A DNA stretch of 33,950 nucleotides from Candidatus Sulfobium sp. (GCA_037380845.1 JARRRI010000056.1:1-33950), one strand, 5' to 3'. Numbered from the stretch's first letter, positions 9,895 to 19,620 are shown. Numbers and translations are program-made. Notes: generated from the letters alone by a model not told the origin.

Positions 9895-10057
9895 CACGGA
9901 AGGGACGCCGAAAAATTTCTGGCAGCGACACCTTATAGCCCCCGGGGAGGGCCTGCCGGCTTGTTTCTGAAAGTCAGCGGCCGTCAAGGCTGCATCCACG
10001 TGGAGAACAAGCGGGACAATGTCGTCATTGCAAGAATTTTTCGGCGTCCCTTCCGTG
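9895..10057. repeat. 163-bp element bounded by a perfect 23-bp inverted repeat (MITE/REP-like)
   Basis: CACGGAAGGGACGCCGAAAAATT (9895-9917) and its exact reverse complement (10035-10057). Confidence 0.8.
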
Positions 10058-10185
10058 CCGGTTTACACCTTGAGCACAAACTCCCCGGCCCTCGAAACTT
10101 TCAGATAAGAGATTCAAGATTTCCCCAATGAATCCGACCTTTGCCCGGTCGTGAAAACAGTAAGCGGGAACCGGCAACAACAGCC

Positions 10186-11193
10186 TCAAAGCTCCTTCAG
10201 CTTCTCGGCGTTGTAATAGGTGATAAGGCTGTCGATGATCTCGTCGAGGTCGCCTTCCATGGTCTGTTCGAGCTTGTGCAGGGTAAGTCCGATGCGGTGG
10301 TCCGTCACCCTGTTCTGCGGGTAGTTATAGGTCCTTATCCGCTCGCTCCTGTCGCCCGTGCCCACCTGGGATTTGCGCTGCTGAGACCTCTCCTTCTCCT
10401 GCCTCTCCATCTGCATTTCATAGAGACGGGCGCGGAGCACCTTCATCGCCTTGTCCTTATTCTTTATCTGGGACCGCTCGTCCTGGCACTGCACGATCAG
10501 ACCCGTAGGCACATGGACTATCCTGACGGCGGAGTAAGTCGTGTTGACCCCTTGCCCGCCGGGACCCGACGCGCAGAACGTGTCTATTCTCAGATCCCTT
10601 TCATCGACCTTGATGTCGACTTCTTCGGCCTCGGGGAGCACCGCCACCGTTGCGGCAGACGTATGTATCCTGCCCGAGGCCTCCGTCGCAGGTACACGCT
10701 GCACCCTGTGGGTCCCGCTTTCGTATTTGAGCCGGCTGTACGCGCCCTTTCCCTGAATCGAAGCGACAACCTCCTTGATCCCCCCAAGTCCGGTGGAATT
10801 CATGCTGATTACCTCGATCTTCCATCTCCTGGATTCCGCATATTTGGAATACATGCGGAACAGACTCGCAGCGAAAAGGGCCGCTTCCTCCCCGCCCGTG
10901 CCTGCGCGTATCTCCAGGATGACGTTCTTTTTGTCCATGGGGTCGGCGGGCAGAAGCATCAGCTTTATCTCACTCTCAAGCAGCGCCTTTTTCTTCTTCA
11001 GGTCGTCCATTTCGGCCTGTGCCAGCTCCCTCATTTCGCCGTCTCCCCCCTTGAGGAGCTCTTCAGTGTTCTTCATGTCCTCAAGCAGCTTCCTGTATCT
11101 GCCGATCTTTTCGACAAGAGGCTGCAGCTCGGCGTGTTCCCTCGAGTACTTCTGCAATTCCGAAGGCACGGAAAAGACCCTGGGATCGCTCAA
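10186..11193 (-). CDS. prfA: Peptide chain release factor 1 (5' end anomalous)
   Basis: [17 protein letters not shown] (PxT), [24 protein letters not shown]1-like residues continue upstream of TTG 11193 ([10 protein letters not shown]) to ~11220 with no start codon. Confidence 0.93.
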   Translation of the reverse strand: MSDPRVFSVPSELQKYSREHAELQPLVEKIGRYRKLLEDMKNTEELLKGGDGEMRELAQAEMDDLKKKKALLESEIKLMLLPADPMDKKNVILEIRAGTGGEEAALFAASLFRMYSKYAESRRWKIEVISMNSTGLGGIKEVVASIQGKGAYSRLKYESGTHRVQRVPATEASGRIHTSAATVAVLPEAEEVDIKVDERDLRIDTFCASGPGGQGVNTTYSAVRIVHVPTGLIVQCQDERSQIKNKDKAMKVLRARLYEMQMERQEKERSQQRKSQVGTGDRSERIRTYNYPQNRVTDHRIGLTLHKLEQTMEGDLDEIIDSLITYYNAEKLKEL

Positions 11194-12077
11194 CAGGGCG
11201 GAGAGTTCCCTGTATTTTTTGCCAGCACTTCCACCAGGGCGGCCAGGGCGACCTCGATCTGTGCGTCGTCAGGCTCCTTCGTAGTTAACCGCTGGAGAAA
11301 CAGGCCCGGCCTGATCAGCATGTTTACCAGGGAGTTTTCCTTCCACCGCGAGGAAAGCCTCAGCAGCTCGTACGAGGAGCCTGCCACAAACGGTATAAGG
11401 ACGAACCTCGACAGGAACTTATAGATAAACGGCCACTCCTGGGGGATGAAAGAGAAGACCAGTATGCTGACCACCATAACGATCATGAGAAAGCTCGTTC
11501 CGCAGCGCGGATGCAGGGTGGCATACGGTCTGGCGTTCTCTACGGTCAATTCCTTGCCCTCTTCGTAGGCATGTATCACCTTGTGCTCAGCGCCGTGATA
11601 CATGAAAATTCTGGCCATCTCCTTCCACAAGCCTATCAGCACGACATAAAGCAGGAATATCCCCACCCTGATCAGACCGTCGGTCAGATTGAAAAGCAGC
11701 GAATGCGCCGATATGCCGCTGAACAGAAGCCCCAGGAGTTTGGCGGCATACAGCGGCAGGAGAATGAAAATGCCCGCCCCCAGCAGCACGGCGGCGACCA
11801 TGGTGACGGCGATCGAAAGCTTACCCAGGCTCTCCTCGCCGCCTTCTTCATAAGCGTTGTTTGCTGCAAATTCGAGCGCCTTCAGCCCGATGACCAGGGC
11901 CTGGAAAAGAGCTGCAACCCCCCGCAGGAGGGGGAGTCTGAAAAACCGGGGAGACTTCCCCAGTTTCTCCCTCTTCATACGGATGCCGCCGTTCTGGTCC
12001 CGGACGGCGACCGTCCAGTTGCCGGGGGACTTCATCATTACGCCCTCAATCACAGCCTGTCCGCCGATATTTTCCAT
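11190..12077 (-). CDS. DUF1385 family membrane protein (putative metal-dependent)
   Basis: [46 protein letters not shown]; usual position between rpmE and prfA/prmC. Confidence 0.92.
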   Translation of the reverse strand: MENIGGQAVIEGVMMKSPGNWTVAVRDQNGGIRMKREKLGKSPRFFRLPLLRGVAALFQALVIGLKALEFAANNAYEEGGEESLGKLSIAVTMVAAVLLGAGIFILLPLYAAKLLGLLFSGISAHSLLFNLTDGLIRVGIFLLYVVLIGLWKEMARIFMYHGAEHKVIHAYEEGKELTVENARPYATLHPRCGTSFLMIVMVVSILVFSFIPQEWPFIYKFLSRFVLIPFVAGSSYELLRLSSRWKENSLVNMLIRPGLFLQRLTTKEPDDAQIEVALAALVEVLAKNTGNSPPC

Positions 12078-12165
12078 CCAGTGCCTATCCTTCCTCTTTG
12101 CGGTGCCCGCCTTTCCGGCGCTGTCCAGAAAAGAGGGGGCCGGAAACGACGCATGAGATCCATGC

Positions 12166-12197
12166 AAAAAAACAGGAAACCGATACTGGTTTCCTGT
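12166..12197 (-). terminator. Rho-independent terminator after rpmE
   Basis: Minus strand ACAGGAAACC-AGTATC-GGTTTCCTGT followed by a T-run. Confidence 0.7.
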
Positions 12198-12221
12198 CGT
12201 GTTTTCTGCCTTTCTGTATAT

Positions 12222-12422
12222 CTACTGCTTCGCGTATTTCTTCTTGAACTTCTCGACCCTTCCCTCGGCGTCGACAATCTTCTGCTTGCCGGTATAAAAG
12301 GGATGACACTTGGAGCATATGTCGAGGTGTATGCTCTTTTTCGTCGACCTTGTGGTAAATGTCTCCCCGCAGGCGCAGACCACTTTTACTTCATTGTATT
12401 CCGGATGAATTCCAGCCTTCAA
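12222..12422 (-). CDS. rpmE: 50S ribosomal protein L31 (Zn-binding C+ form)
   Basis: KAGIHPEY...CACG...[18 protein letters not shown] start behind AGGAGG. Confidence 0.97.
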   Translation of the reverse strand: MKAGIHPEYNEVKVVCACGETFTTRSTKKSIHLDICSKCHPFYTGKQKIVDAEGRVEKFKKKYAKQ

Positions 12423-12546
12423 TTTCTTCCTCCTGAAAGTATGGTATTTCATTTTAATAGATTCCGCGGGATTTTGGCAACATGGCAGGTCGCCCGGATC
12501 GCGAAGATGCTTGATTTCCCGCATCCCGTAACTGTATTCTTGCTAT

Positions 12547-14100
12547 ATGAGGGCCGAAACAGTCGATTTTCTCATCATAGGAAGCGGAGTGGCAGGTCTG
12601 AGGGCGGCTATCGAACTTGCCGGGAGCGGGCGGGTGCTGGTAGTCACCAAGGACAAGGCTTCGGAGAGCAGCACCGAATACGCCCAGGGCGGCATAGCGG
12701 TAGTCATGAGCGACGAGGACACGGTCGGAATACATTTTGAAGACACCCTTAAGGCCGGGGACGGCCTGTGCAAGGAAGAGGCCGTGAGAACGCTTGTTGA
12801 AGAAGGACCCGAGAGGATAGCCGAGCTGATATCGTGGGGGGCGGAGTTCGACCGGGAGGGGCTCAAACTGGCCCTGACGCTGGAAGCGGCCCACTCGCGC
12901 CGGAGGATTCTCCATGCCCACGGCGATTCCACCGGCAAGGAGCTGGAGAGGGTGCTCCTGAAGAAGGTCCGGTCTCTCCCCTCAGTAAAAAAATACCCCT
13001 TTGCCTTCACAACGGACCTGATTGTACGGGACGGGGAATGCCACGGCGCCTTTGTCCTGAGGGAAAAAGAGGTCACTGCCCTTTTCGCAAAGGCGACGAT
13101 ACTGGCTACCGGCGGAGCCGGACAGATTTTTTCCAGAACCACGAACCCTTCGGTCGCCACCGGCGACGGCATGGCTATCGCCTTCAGGGCGGGCGCCGAA
13201 CTGGAGGACATGGAATTCGTGCAGTTCCATCCCACCAGCCTTTATTCCCCCGCCGCACCCCAGTTTCTCCTGAGCGAATCCATCAGGGGCGAGGGCGCCA
13301 CTCTCCTCAATGAAAACGGCCGGAGGTTCATGCAGGACTACCATCCCATGGCGGAACTTGCTCCGAGAGACGTTGTATCGAGGGCCATCATATCGGAGAT
13401 GGTTAAAACGAAAAGCAACCATGTATATCTCGACCTCAGGCACATGGGCAAAGACTTTGTGAAGAACCGCTTCCCGAGAATTTATGCAACCTGCCTCCGC
13501 TATGACGTGGACATAACCGAAGACCCGGTCCCCGTCTCCCCGGCCGCCCACTATATGATGGGCGGGGTAAGGACTAACCTGTCCGGAGAGACTAACATCC
13601 GCGGCCTCTACGCCGCCGGAGAGGTCGCCTGCACAGGGGTCCACGGAGCCAACAGGCTGGCCTCCAACAGCCTGCTCGAAGGCCTGGTATTCGGCGCCAG
13701 GGCGGGCTCCGCCGCGCTGAAGTCGAACGTCGCGCCCGACCCCTCCCTGGCGGGACGGGAAGAACCCCTGATATCCTCGATAGCGGAGAGCGAGGCCGTC
13801 AAGAGGGTCCTGAGGAAGGTCATGTGGGAGAAGGCCGGCATAATCAGGTGCGGGTCTTCACTGGAGGAGGCCAAGAAGAGGCTGGGCACCTTCGGCATGA
13901 TCGCCGGCGGAAACTACCTCAGCCGGCATGAGCTGGAGATAAAGAATATGCTTACCGTCGCCGCCCTCATCGTGGAAGCCGCCCTCTCCAGAAAGGGGAG
14001 CGTCGGGGCCCACTACCGGACGGACTATAAAGAGAGGGGGCGCAACTGGCGTCGTCACATCAGCTGGGACAAGAAGAAGCTCACTTTCCTGCGAACCTGA
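12547..14100 (+). CDS. nadB: L-aspartate oxidase
   Basis: GSGVAG, AQGGIA, EAAHSRRRILH, EFVQFHPT, LAPRDVVSR, GVHGANRLASNSLLEG. Confidence 0.93.
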   Translation: MRAETVDFLIIGSGVAGLRAAIELAGSGRVLVVTKDKASESSTEYAQGGIAVVMSDEDTVGIHFEDTLKAGDGLCKEEAVRTLVEEGPERIAELISWGAEFDREGLKLALTLEAAHSRRRILHAHGDSTGKELERVLLKKVRSLPSVKKYPFAFTTDLIVRDGECHGAFVLREKEVTALFAKATILATGGAGQIFSRTTNPSVATGDGMAIAFRAGAELEDMEFVQFHPTSLYSPAAPQFLLSESIRGEGATLLNENGRRFMQDYHPMAELAPRDVVSRAIISEMVKTKSNHVYLDLRHMGKDFVKNRFPRIYATCLRYDVDITEDPVPVSPAAHYMMGGVRTNLSGETNIRGLYAAGEVACTGVHGANRLASNSLLEGLVFGARAGSAALKSNVAPDPSLAGREEPLISSIAESEAVKRVLRKVMWEKAGIIRCGSSLEEAKKRLGTFGMIAGGNYLSRHELEIKNMLTVAALIVEAALSRKGSVGAHYRTDYKERGRNWRRHISWDKKKLTFLRT

Positions 14101-14214
14101 AAACGGCAGCCGATCGCAGACGGCCGGAGACTGAAGCCGGACTTTTCCAGGAGCTGCCGGCAAGCCCTCTTCCATCTTTTTTGGAATTCTTCCTCCGGGA
14201 TGGAATCCGCAGGG

Positions 14215-15246
14215 TCAGAATTCGTTGATCGCGTCTATCAGGCTTCTGAGGCTTCCGAAGTCCCGCCGGTTGAAATCCACTATGAGCCGGGGGAGGGACG
14301 CAAGCTCGGGTTCATCCTCTTCCTGGGGCAGTGCTCCGGAGAGGTATATCCTCCCGCCGGGTACGAGTACGTCCCGGAACCGCCGCCGCAGCCGTGCCAC
14401 GGACCTCCGGTCTATCTCGGCGGTAAGACGTATTATGAGTTTCCCGTTGACATAGCGCATGCTGTGGTATCGCCGGTAGAAACGGTCAATCCTGGCCACC
14501 ACCTCATCCACGGTGTCGACCAGTTCAAAAAGCCTGAAGTCGGAGGGGGCGATATAGCCGCGGGCCAGCAGTTCATCTTCCAGGAACCGCTTCCATTTCA
14601 GCCAGTAATCCCCCTTCGGATCGTCAACCAGTATCAGGGGAAGGGGATAACGTTTGCCGGTCTGTACCAGTGTCAGGGTCTCCATTGCCTCGTCGAGGGT
14701 GCCGAAACCGCCCGGAAAAAGCGCTACGGCATCCGCCTCCTTGAGGAAGGCCACTTTGCGGTTGAAGAAATACTTATAGGTGATGAGGCGGGGATTGTTC
14801 TCCAGCACGGGGTTGGGCTTCTGCTCGAAGGGCAGACGTATATTGACTCCGAAGGAGTGTGCGCGACCGGCGCCCTCGTTCACGGCCTGCATTATGCCCC
14901 CTCCCGCGCCGGTAATGACCATCCACCCCGTCCGCGCCATCTTCCTGCCCAGCCGGCGGGCCATCCTGTAAATGGGCTCCTCAGGCCCGGTGCGGGCAGA
15001 CCCGAAGACAGTGACTTTCTTGACGTCTGAGTAACGGCTGAATATTTTTGAGGTGAACCGCATCTCCTTGAGGGTGGTATTCATAAGCTTGAGGTCCGCC
15101 CTGCCGTCCTCTTCCTGTCCCGCCTTGAGCGCGGCTATTATCATGTCGCGGATGATTTCGGGGTGATGTACGTCACCGGCCAGTTCCATCAGCCGCCGGA
15201 TCTCTTCGTCCACGGGGCCGTTGGACTCGGCAAAACGGAGTATCAT
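14215..15246 (-). CDS. LOG-family (TIGR00730-type) nucleotide phosphoribohydrolase
   Basis: VTVFGSART, ITGAGGGIM, YFFNRK, FPGGFGTLDE; start uncertain (15246, 15291 or 15342). Confidence 0.88.
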   Translation of the reverse strand: MILRFAESNGPVDEEIRRLMELAGDVHHPEIIRDMIIAALKAGQEEDGRADLKLMNTTLKEMRFTSKIFSRYSDVKKVTVFGSARTGPEEPIYRMARRLGRKMARTGWMVITGAGGGIMQAVNEGAGRAHSFGVNIRLPFEQKPNPVLENNPRLITYKYFFNRKVAFLKEADAVALFPGGFGTLDEAMETLTLVQTGKRYPLPLILVDDPKGDYWLKWKRFLEDELLARGYIAPSDFRLFELVDTVDEVVARIDRFYRRYHSMRYVNGKLIIRLTAEIDRRSVARLRRRFRDVLVPGGRIYLSGALPQEEDEPELASLPRLIVDFNRRDFGSLRSLIDAINEF

Positions 15247-15397
15247 TGTGGTGACACCAGGGGAAAGACCCGGGGACGAGGGGCGCTGCATGACCGTTTT
15301 TCCGTCATTCTTTTCACAGTTATTAATGTACCAGCAGATCATGGCGGATTGTCAAGGAAACCGGACGGGGGACTGAAGCAGAGATATAAATTACCGG

Positions 15398-15440
15398 TGT
15401 GACTTTAATCACATCGGCTCAGGTTCCTTTCTTCTACCAT
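15398..15440 (+). promoter_or_regulatory. CRP-type operator with class II promoter geometry
   Basis: Perfect TGTGA-CTTTAA-TCACA (15398-15413); -10-like TACCAT at 15435-15440 puts the site centre near -41.5. Confidence 0.65.
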
Positions 15441-15507
15441 TAGAGTGTGTAATGCGCGGGAGTTTGCCGACTATCCGGCGGATGAAGAAAAGGAGGACCG
15501 ATTTTGA

Positions 15508-17232
15508 GTGCTATGCACGACTGCATATTTGCCCCACAGGAAGTCCCTCCGCACGGTTCTCCCGGAGTACTCCGACGGCCTGAAAGTCATCACCATGAAA
15601 AATGATTCCCTGGTGAGAGACAACGTCCGGGGAGATGAGCCGTCATACAGGATGTTATCCAGAATGACGGCCTATATAGTCATCCTCGGCTGGGCCATAC
15701 TGGGGCTCTATATTTTTGCCACCCGGAACAAGAGTTTCAACTTTGATATCCTCAGCTACTTCCTTTCCACGGAGCAGTCCGGGATCAAGTTTCGGGCCTC
15801 AATGCTGCTGGGCCCATTTCTGCTGACAGTCATAGCATACCTTATCAGGCAGCGGACCTCCGACATAGCCACGGTCAATTATCTCCTCGCGAGGGAAAAT
15901 GCCGAGCGCAGAAAGACAGAAGAGCAGCTGACCCGCAGGGCTTTTTACGACGCATTGACCGACCTGCCGAACCGGGCCCTTTTTATCGACCACCTTAAAA
16001 AAGCCCTGGAGCGGAAGAAAAGATATGCGGACCATGTATTCGCCGTTTTCTTCCTTGACGTTGACCGGTTTAAGATAATAAATGACGGACTCGGACACTC
16101 AGGCGGAGACCAGCTCCTGGTCCTGATCTCCAGGAGACTGCAGAAAAATACGCGGGCCGTCGATACGGTTGCCCGATTCGGAGGAGACGAGTTCGCCATT
16201 TTGATGGAGGACGTAAAAGACATAGCCGCCGTGAACGATATGTCGGACCGCATCATGAGTGAAATGGCGGCGCCGTTTAACGTGTTCGGGCATGAAATAT
16301 TCGCTACCGTCAGCATCGGGATAGTCATGAGCGATATAGGTGATTATAGCGGGCCCGAAGAACTCATTCGCAATGCCGACATTGCGATGTATCATGCCAA
16401 GGAGCACGGCAAGGCACGTCATGTGATATTCGACTCCGCGATGCAGGAAGAAGCAGCTGCCGCCCTCTGGTTTGAAACTGAACTGCGGGGGGCGGTTGAA
16501 AAGAACGAGTTCACCGTTTACTACCAGCCCATTATATCGATGAAGAACAATGACATCATAGGCTTCGAGGCCCTCGTCCGCTGGCAGCATCCGGAGCGCG
16601 GGATTATCTCCCCCGCGGAATTCATGACGGCGGCGGAAGAAACCGGGCTGATTCTTCCCATCGGCCAGTGGGTTATCCGCGAAGCCTGCCGGCAGCTGCG
16701 TGAATGGCAGGACCAGTTCCCCGGCTACAGGGACGTCACGGTCAGCGTCAACGTATCCAGCAAGGTATTTTCTCAACCCGAATTCTACGACGTTATTGAA
16801 AACATCCTGCGCGAAACCGGCCTTGATCCCCAAAGGCTGAGGCTGGAGATCGTGGAGAGAATGCTTATCGAGAACCCTGAACTGGCGGCCAACCTTTTGA
16901 AACGGCTGCAGACGCTAAAGGTCCGGCTTGACATAGATGATTTCGGGACCGGCTATTCCGCCTTGAATTATCTGCGGCAGTTTCCGATAAACGGATTGAA
17001 GATCGACCGTTCTTTCATCAAGGCCCTGGCATTCAACAAAAGCAGTGCGGAGATAGTCAAGATAATCATCGCCCTGGCACATGCGCTCAATCTGGATGTC
17101 ATTGCGGAAGGGATAGAAACCACCGAACAGCTGGAAACATTCCGGGACATGAAGGGCGAATACGCGCAGGGATTTTTTATCTTCAGGCCCATGGACAGCA
17201 GGGCGGTGGAGGCCATCCTCTCTTCGAAATGA
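15508..17232 (+). CDS. Membrane-anchored GGDEF-EAL diguanylate cyclase/phosphodiesterase
   Basis: Two TM helices; DALTDLPNR, ARFGGDEF, GFEALVRW, DDFGTGYS, IAEGIE; start could also be 15595. Confidence 0.93.
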   Translation: MLCTTAYLPHRKSLRTVLPEYSDGLKVITMKNDSLVRDNVRGDEPSYRMLSRMTAYIVILGWAILGLYIFATRNKSFNFDILSYFLSTEQSGIKFRASMLLGPFLLTVIAYLIRQRTSDIATVNYLLARENAERRKTEEQLTRRAFYDALTDLPNRALFIDHLKKALERKKRYADHVFAVFFLDVDRFKIINDGLGHSGGDQLLVLISRRLQKNTRAVDTVARFGGDEFAILMEDVKDIAAVNDMSDRIMSEMAAPFNVFGHEIFATVSIGIVMSDIGDYSGPEELIRNADIAMYHAKEHGKARHVIFDSAMQEEAAAALWFETELRGAVEKNEFTVYYQPIISMKNNDIIGFEALVRWQHPERGIISPAEFMTAAEETGLILPIGQWVIREACRQLREWQDQFPGYRDVTVSVNVSSKVFSQPEFYDVIENILRETGLDPQRLRLEIVERMLIENPELAANLLKRLQTLKVRLDIDDFGTGYSALNYLRQFPINGLKIDRSFIKALAFNKSSAEIVKIIIALAHALNLDVIAEGIETTEQLETFRDMKGEYAQGFFIFRPMDSRAVEAILSSK

Positions 17233-17386
17233 AACCGGTCGCTTCTCTCCTTCGACAGGACCGCACAATAAAAAGTGCGCACGCGGTGGCGGCGCTGAAG
17301 AAGACCGTGGTTGACAAAGGGCGAAAAGGGGGGTAAACAGAAAGTATAGACGCTGTCCGAAAAACCCCGTACAGGAGGACACGCCC

Positions 17387-17530
17387 ATGATATGCAACCT
17401 TTCAAAAGTGGACCTGTCGTGTCACGACGTTTCGGCCGATGCGCTGACCGAGGAGGAACTGCTGACGATCAAGGAACTCGAGCGCCAGACCGGCTTGGTA
17501 ATCGTTGCCGTAAAGCCGCCGCAGGGTTAA
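17387..17530 (+). CDS. Small hypothetical protein, 47 aa (not in ORF track)
   Basis: AGGAGG 8 nt before ATG; MICNLSKVDLSCHDVSADALTEEELLTIKELERQTGLVIVAVKPPQG*; TTGACA at 17311-17316 upstream. Confidence 0.65.
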   Translation: MICNLSKVDLSCHDVSADALTEEELLTIKELERQTGLVIVAVKPPQG

Positions 17531-17616
17531 GAGAAGGGAAAAATAAGATCCGCGAAGCGTAGAAGGGCCGGCGGTGCCCGCAGGCAGGGTGTTGATGTAC
17601 GTGCTGTCGGAGCAGG

Positions 17617-18300
17617 CTATTGCGAAGACCTGAATACGCCGAGGATGTAAAAGGAGGAAATCGCAATTGCCAGGGCGCAGGCAGCCCTGAAGAGTTGCAC
17701 GGGGAGGCCTATAACCGGGTCGACAATAAGCCCTCCGAACACGGAATAACAGATAAAGGCGGTGCCTGCCGCAACCAGCCCTCCGGTCAGTCGTGGGCTC
17801 CCCACCTCCTTCATCGAATTGCCGAGTGTCAGAAGGGCAATGCCGCTCAGGAGCGACCCCGCAAAACCGAAGCTGTGCCTGACGATAAGACCGGCCTCCA
17901 GGATATCGCTTTCCCCTTTTGCCGTGAGAAAGATTGCGCAGCCGATAAACAGGAGAGCCGGAAGCGATCTCAGAACATCCCTGTTATTGCTTCGATACGT
18001 CAACAGGTTGGCGGCAAACTGCAGCAGGGCAAAAAAGGAAATAATCATGAAGATCTTGGACAGGTATATCAGTGCAGTGGATTCCCCTGCCCCGGCCGTT
18101 CTGCGAATGTATCTTGCCCAGTCTATCAGCTCCGTCGTCCCGTGCATAACCCCGAAAACGATGAGTACGTAAAAGGTGGCTACAAAGGCTATCGACGTCG
18201 CCCGTCTGGCCCCCCGGAATATTACGAAAGACATTATCAGGAAACTCATTCCATATATGAAATAGATATAAAAAAGGGGGTCTTTCAAAACCATGTCCAA
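17617..18300 (-). CDS. Polytopic membrane protein (~7 TM), sensor-module-like, with no output domain
   Basis: Seven hydrophobic segments; YFIYGMSF...FGVMHGTTE...GLPVQLFRA. Confidence 0.8.
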   Translation of the reverse strand: MDMVLKDPLFYIYFIYGMSFLIMSFVIFRGARRATSIAFVATFYVLIVFGVMHGTTELIDWARYIRRTAGAGESTALIYLSKIFMIISFFALLQFAANLLTYRSNNRDVLRSLPALLFIGCAIFLTAKGESDILEAGLIVRHSFGFAGSLLSGIALLTLGNSMKEVGSPRLTGGLVAAGTAFICYSVFGGLIVDPVIGLPVQLFRAACALAIAISSFYILGVFRSSQ

Positions 18301-18310
18301 GCCTCCCTCC

Positions 18311-18568
18311 TCACCTGTGAGGGAAATGGTCCTTGAAAATAGTGTTCAGCCGGGTTTCGAATTCCCCCGCCCGCTCTTTCGTTACGAAGAGGGACGCGGA
18401 CTTGACGACATTCTCAATGAGGATTCTGCAGTCATCCGCGGTCAGGGAATCGATATCCTTATTCAACTTTCCCAACTGGTTTTTAAAAATAGAGTTGCTC
18501 ACAATTTCACTTATGAATTTTTCTGTGACCGCTTGCAGCTGCTCTATGAATTCTCTGCTTCCCGGCAT
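18311..18568 (-). CDS. Small soluble helical hypothetical protein
   Basis: 85 aa from ATG 18568; amphipathic helices; ends 10 nt before the membrane protein gene, with a GGAGG RBS in between. Confidence 0.7.
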   Translation of the reverse strand: MPGSREFIEQLQAVTEKFISEIVSNSIFKNQLGKLNKDIDSLTADDCRILIENVVKSASLFVTKERAGEFETRLNTIFKDHFPHR

Positions 18569-18876
18569 CTTTCTGTTCCTGGTTTCTTCATGCAAAGAAG
18601 TCTCCGATATTGGCCTTGCGTATCGTAACAATTGCCATCCGATATTTTCAACAATTCGTGTGGAGAAAGGTTCATACTTCTGCCTGGACCGGCGGCCACG
18701 ACCTTAAAATTGCGGCGCTCAGGGCGCCGTTCCGGGCGGGTCTGGAAAAACGGCTGCTGCACTTTAAACGTATATCTCGCGGACTTCCGATACTCATGCG
18801 GTCTCGATACGGGAAGAAACGACGGAATGACCCCCGCCCCGTAAGACGCCGGGCGACGGCGGGGAGAGCTACGGCC

Positions 18877-19620
18877 TTAATCGGACCGCGAGGACCCCGG
18901 CCGGGGCCGCTGCGCGCTGTTATCAGAAACGAACCTCGCCCCTGCCCGATAGTGCCGCGGGCCCTCTCTCACCCATACCACCCGGGCCCTGCAGCCGGCC
19001 ATGTCCGGCAAATCGTGCCCCGTCACTGTTATGGTTTGTCCCCGCGTAAACGCCGTCTCCGTGAGGAACCCGAAGCCGTGCTTCGAAATATTGATAGTGA
19101 CGCCCTCGCAGATATTCTCCGGTTTGTTCCCCAGGACAAACCGGAAGTTTGCGACGATCCCGTGGCGCACATCCCGTCTGATGTTTTCCAACCCTTCCGC
19201 CGGCCCGGCACCGAGCACCGCCCGGAGTACGGAACCCAGCTCCCGGATGCCGTAAGGCTTGGGCAGCGGTGCACGGAAGCCGAGAGCCCCGAACCCGGTC
19301 ATGGTCCCGCCGCAGGTAAACCCGGAAGATGCCACTGCCCTTGCGTCAGGATCATATTCCAGAAGACGCCGCAGGATTTCTTCTCCACTCAGGCCTTCGG
19401 GCTGGCAGACGTCGAGAATAACAATCTTGAAGGGCCGGCCTTCTTCCTTTCTTAACCTGTAAAGTGAAACGGCCTCTTCCCCCCCGTTGACCGCTTCGAC
19501 GGCGTAACCCAGGTAACGAAGCATCGCCATGGTAATCTCTTTGGTCATTTCATCGTCTTCCATCAGTAAGACGGAACTATTGCCTGTTACGAAGATGTCT
19601 TCTTCCCAATCCAAAAACAT
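18877..19620 (-). CDS. Response regulator receiver fused to a PilZ domain
   Basis: LLMEDD...IVILD...ASSG...LPKPY receiver; RRDVR and NISKHG PilZ motifs; RBS GGAG. Confidence 0.88.
   Translation of the reverse strand: MFLDWEEDIFVTGNSSVLLMEDDEMTKEITMAMLRYLGYAVEAVNGGEEAVSLYRLRKEEGRPFKIVILDVCQPEGLSGEEILRRLLEYDPDARAVASSGFTCGGTMTGFGALGFRAPLPKPYGIRELGSVLRAVLGAGPAEGLENIRRDVRHGIVANFRFVLGNKPENICEGVTINISKHGFGFLTETAFTRGQTITVTGHDLPDMAGCRARVVWVREGPRHYRAGARFVSDNSAQRPRPGSSRSD

Noticed and set aside
10141..12740. Long plus-strand ORFs (427 aa, 409 aa)
   Set aside because: Antisense shadows of prfA, DUF1385 and rpmE, typical of GC-rich coding DNA
14104..14159. CGGCAGC...GCTGCCG inverted repeat between nadB and the LOG gene as a terminator
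   Set aside because: Arms far apart, irregular stem and no adjacent T-tract
15504..15605. 33-codon TTG uORF behind AGGAGG ahead of the GGDEF-EAL gene
   Set aside because: No protein-like features; the same RBS could serve GTG 15508; cannot be resolved from sequence
18610..19455. 281-aa Arg/Pro-rich ORF
   Set aside because: Antisense to the REC-PilZ gene with shadow-type composition
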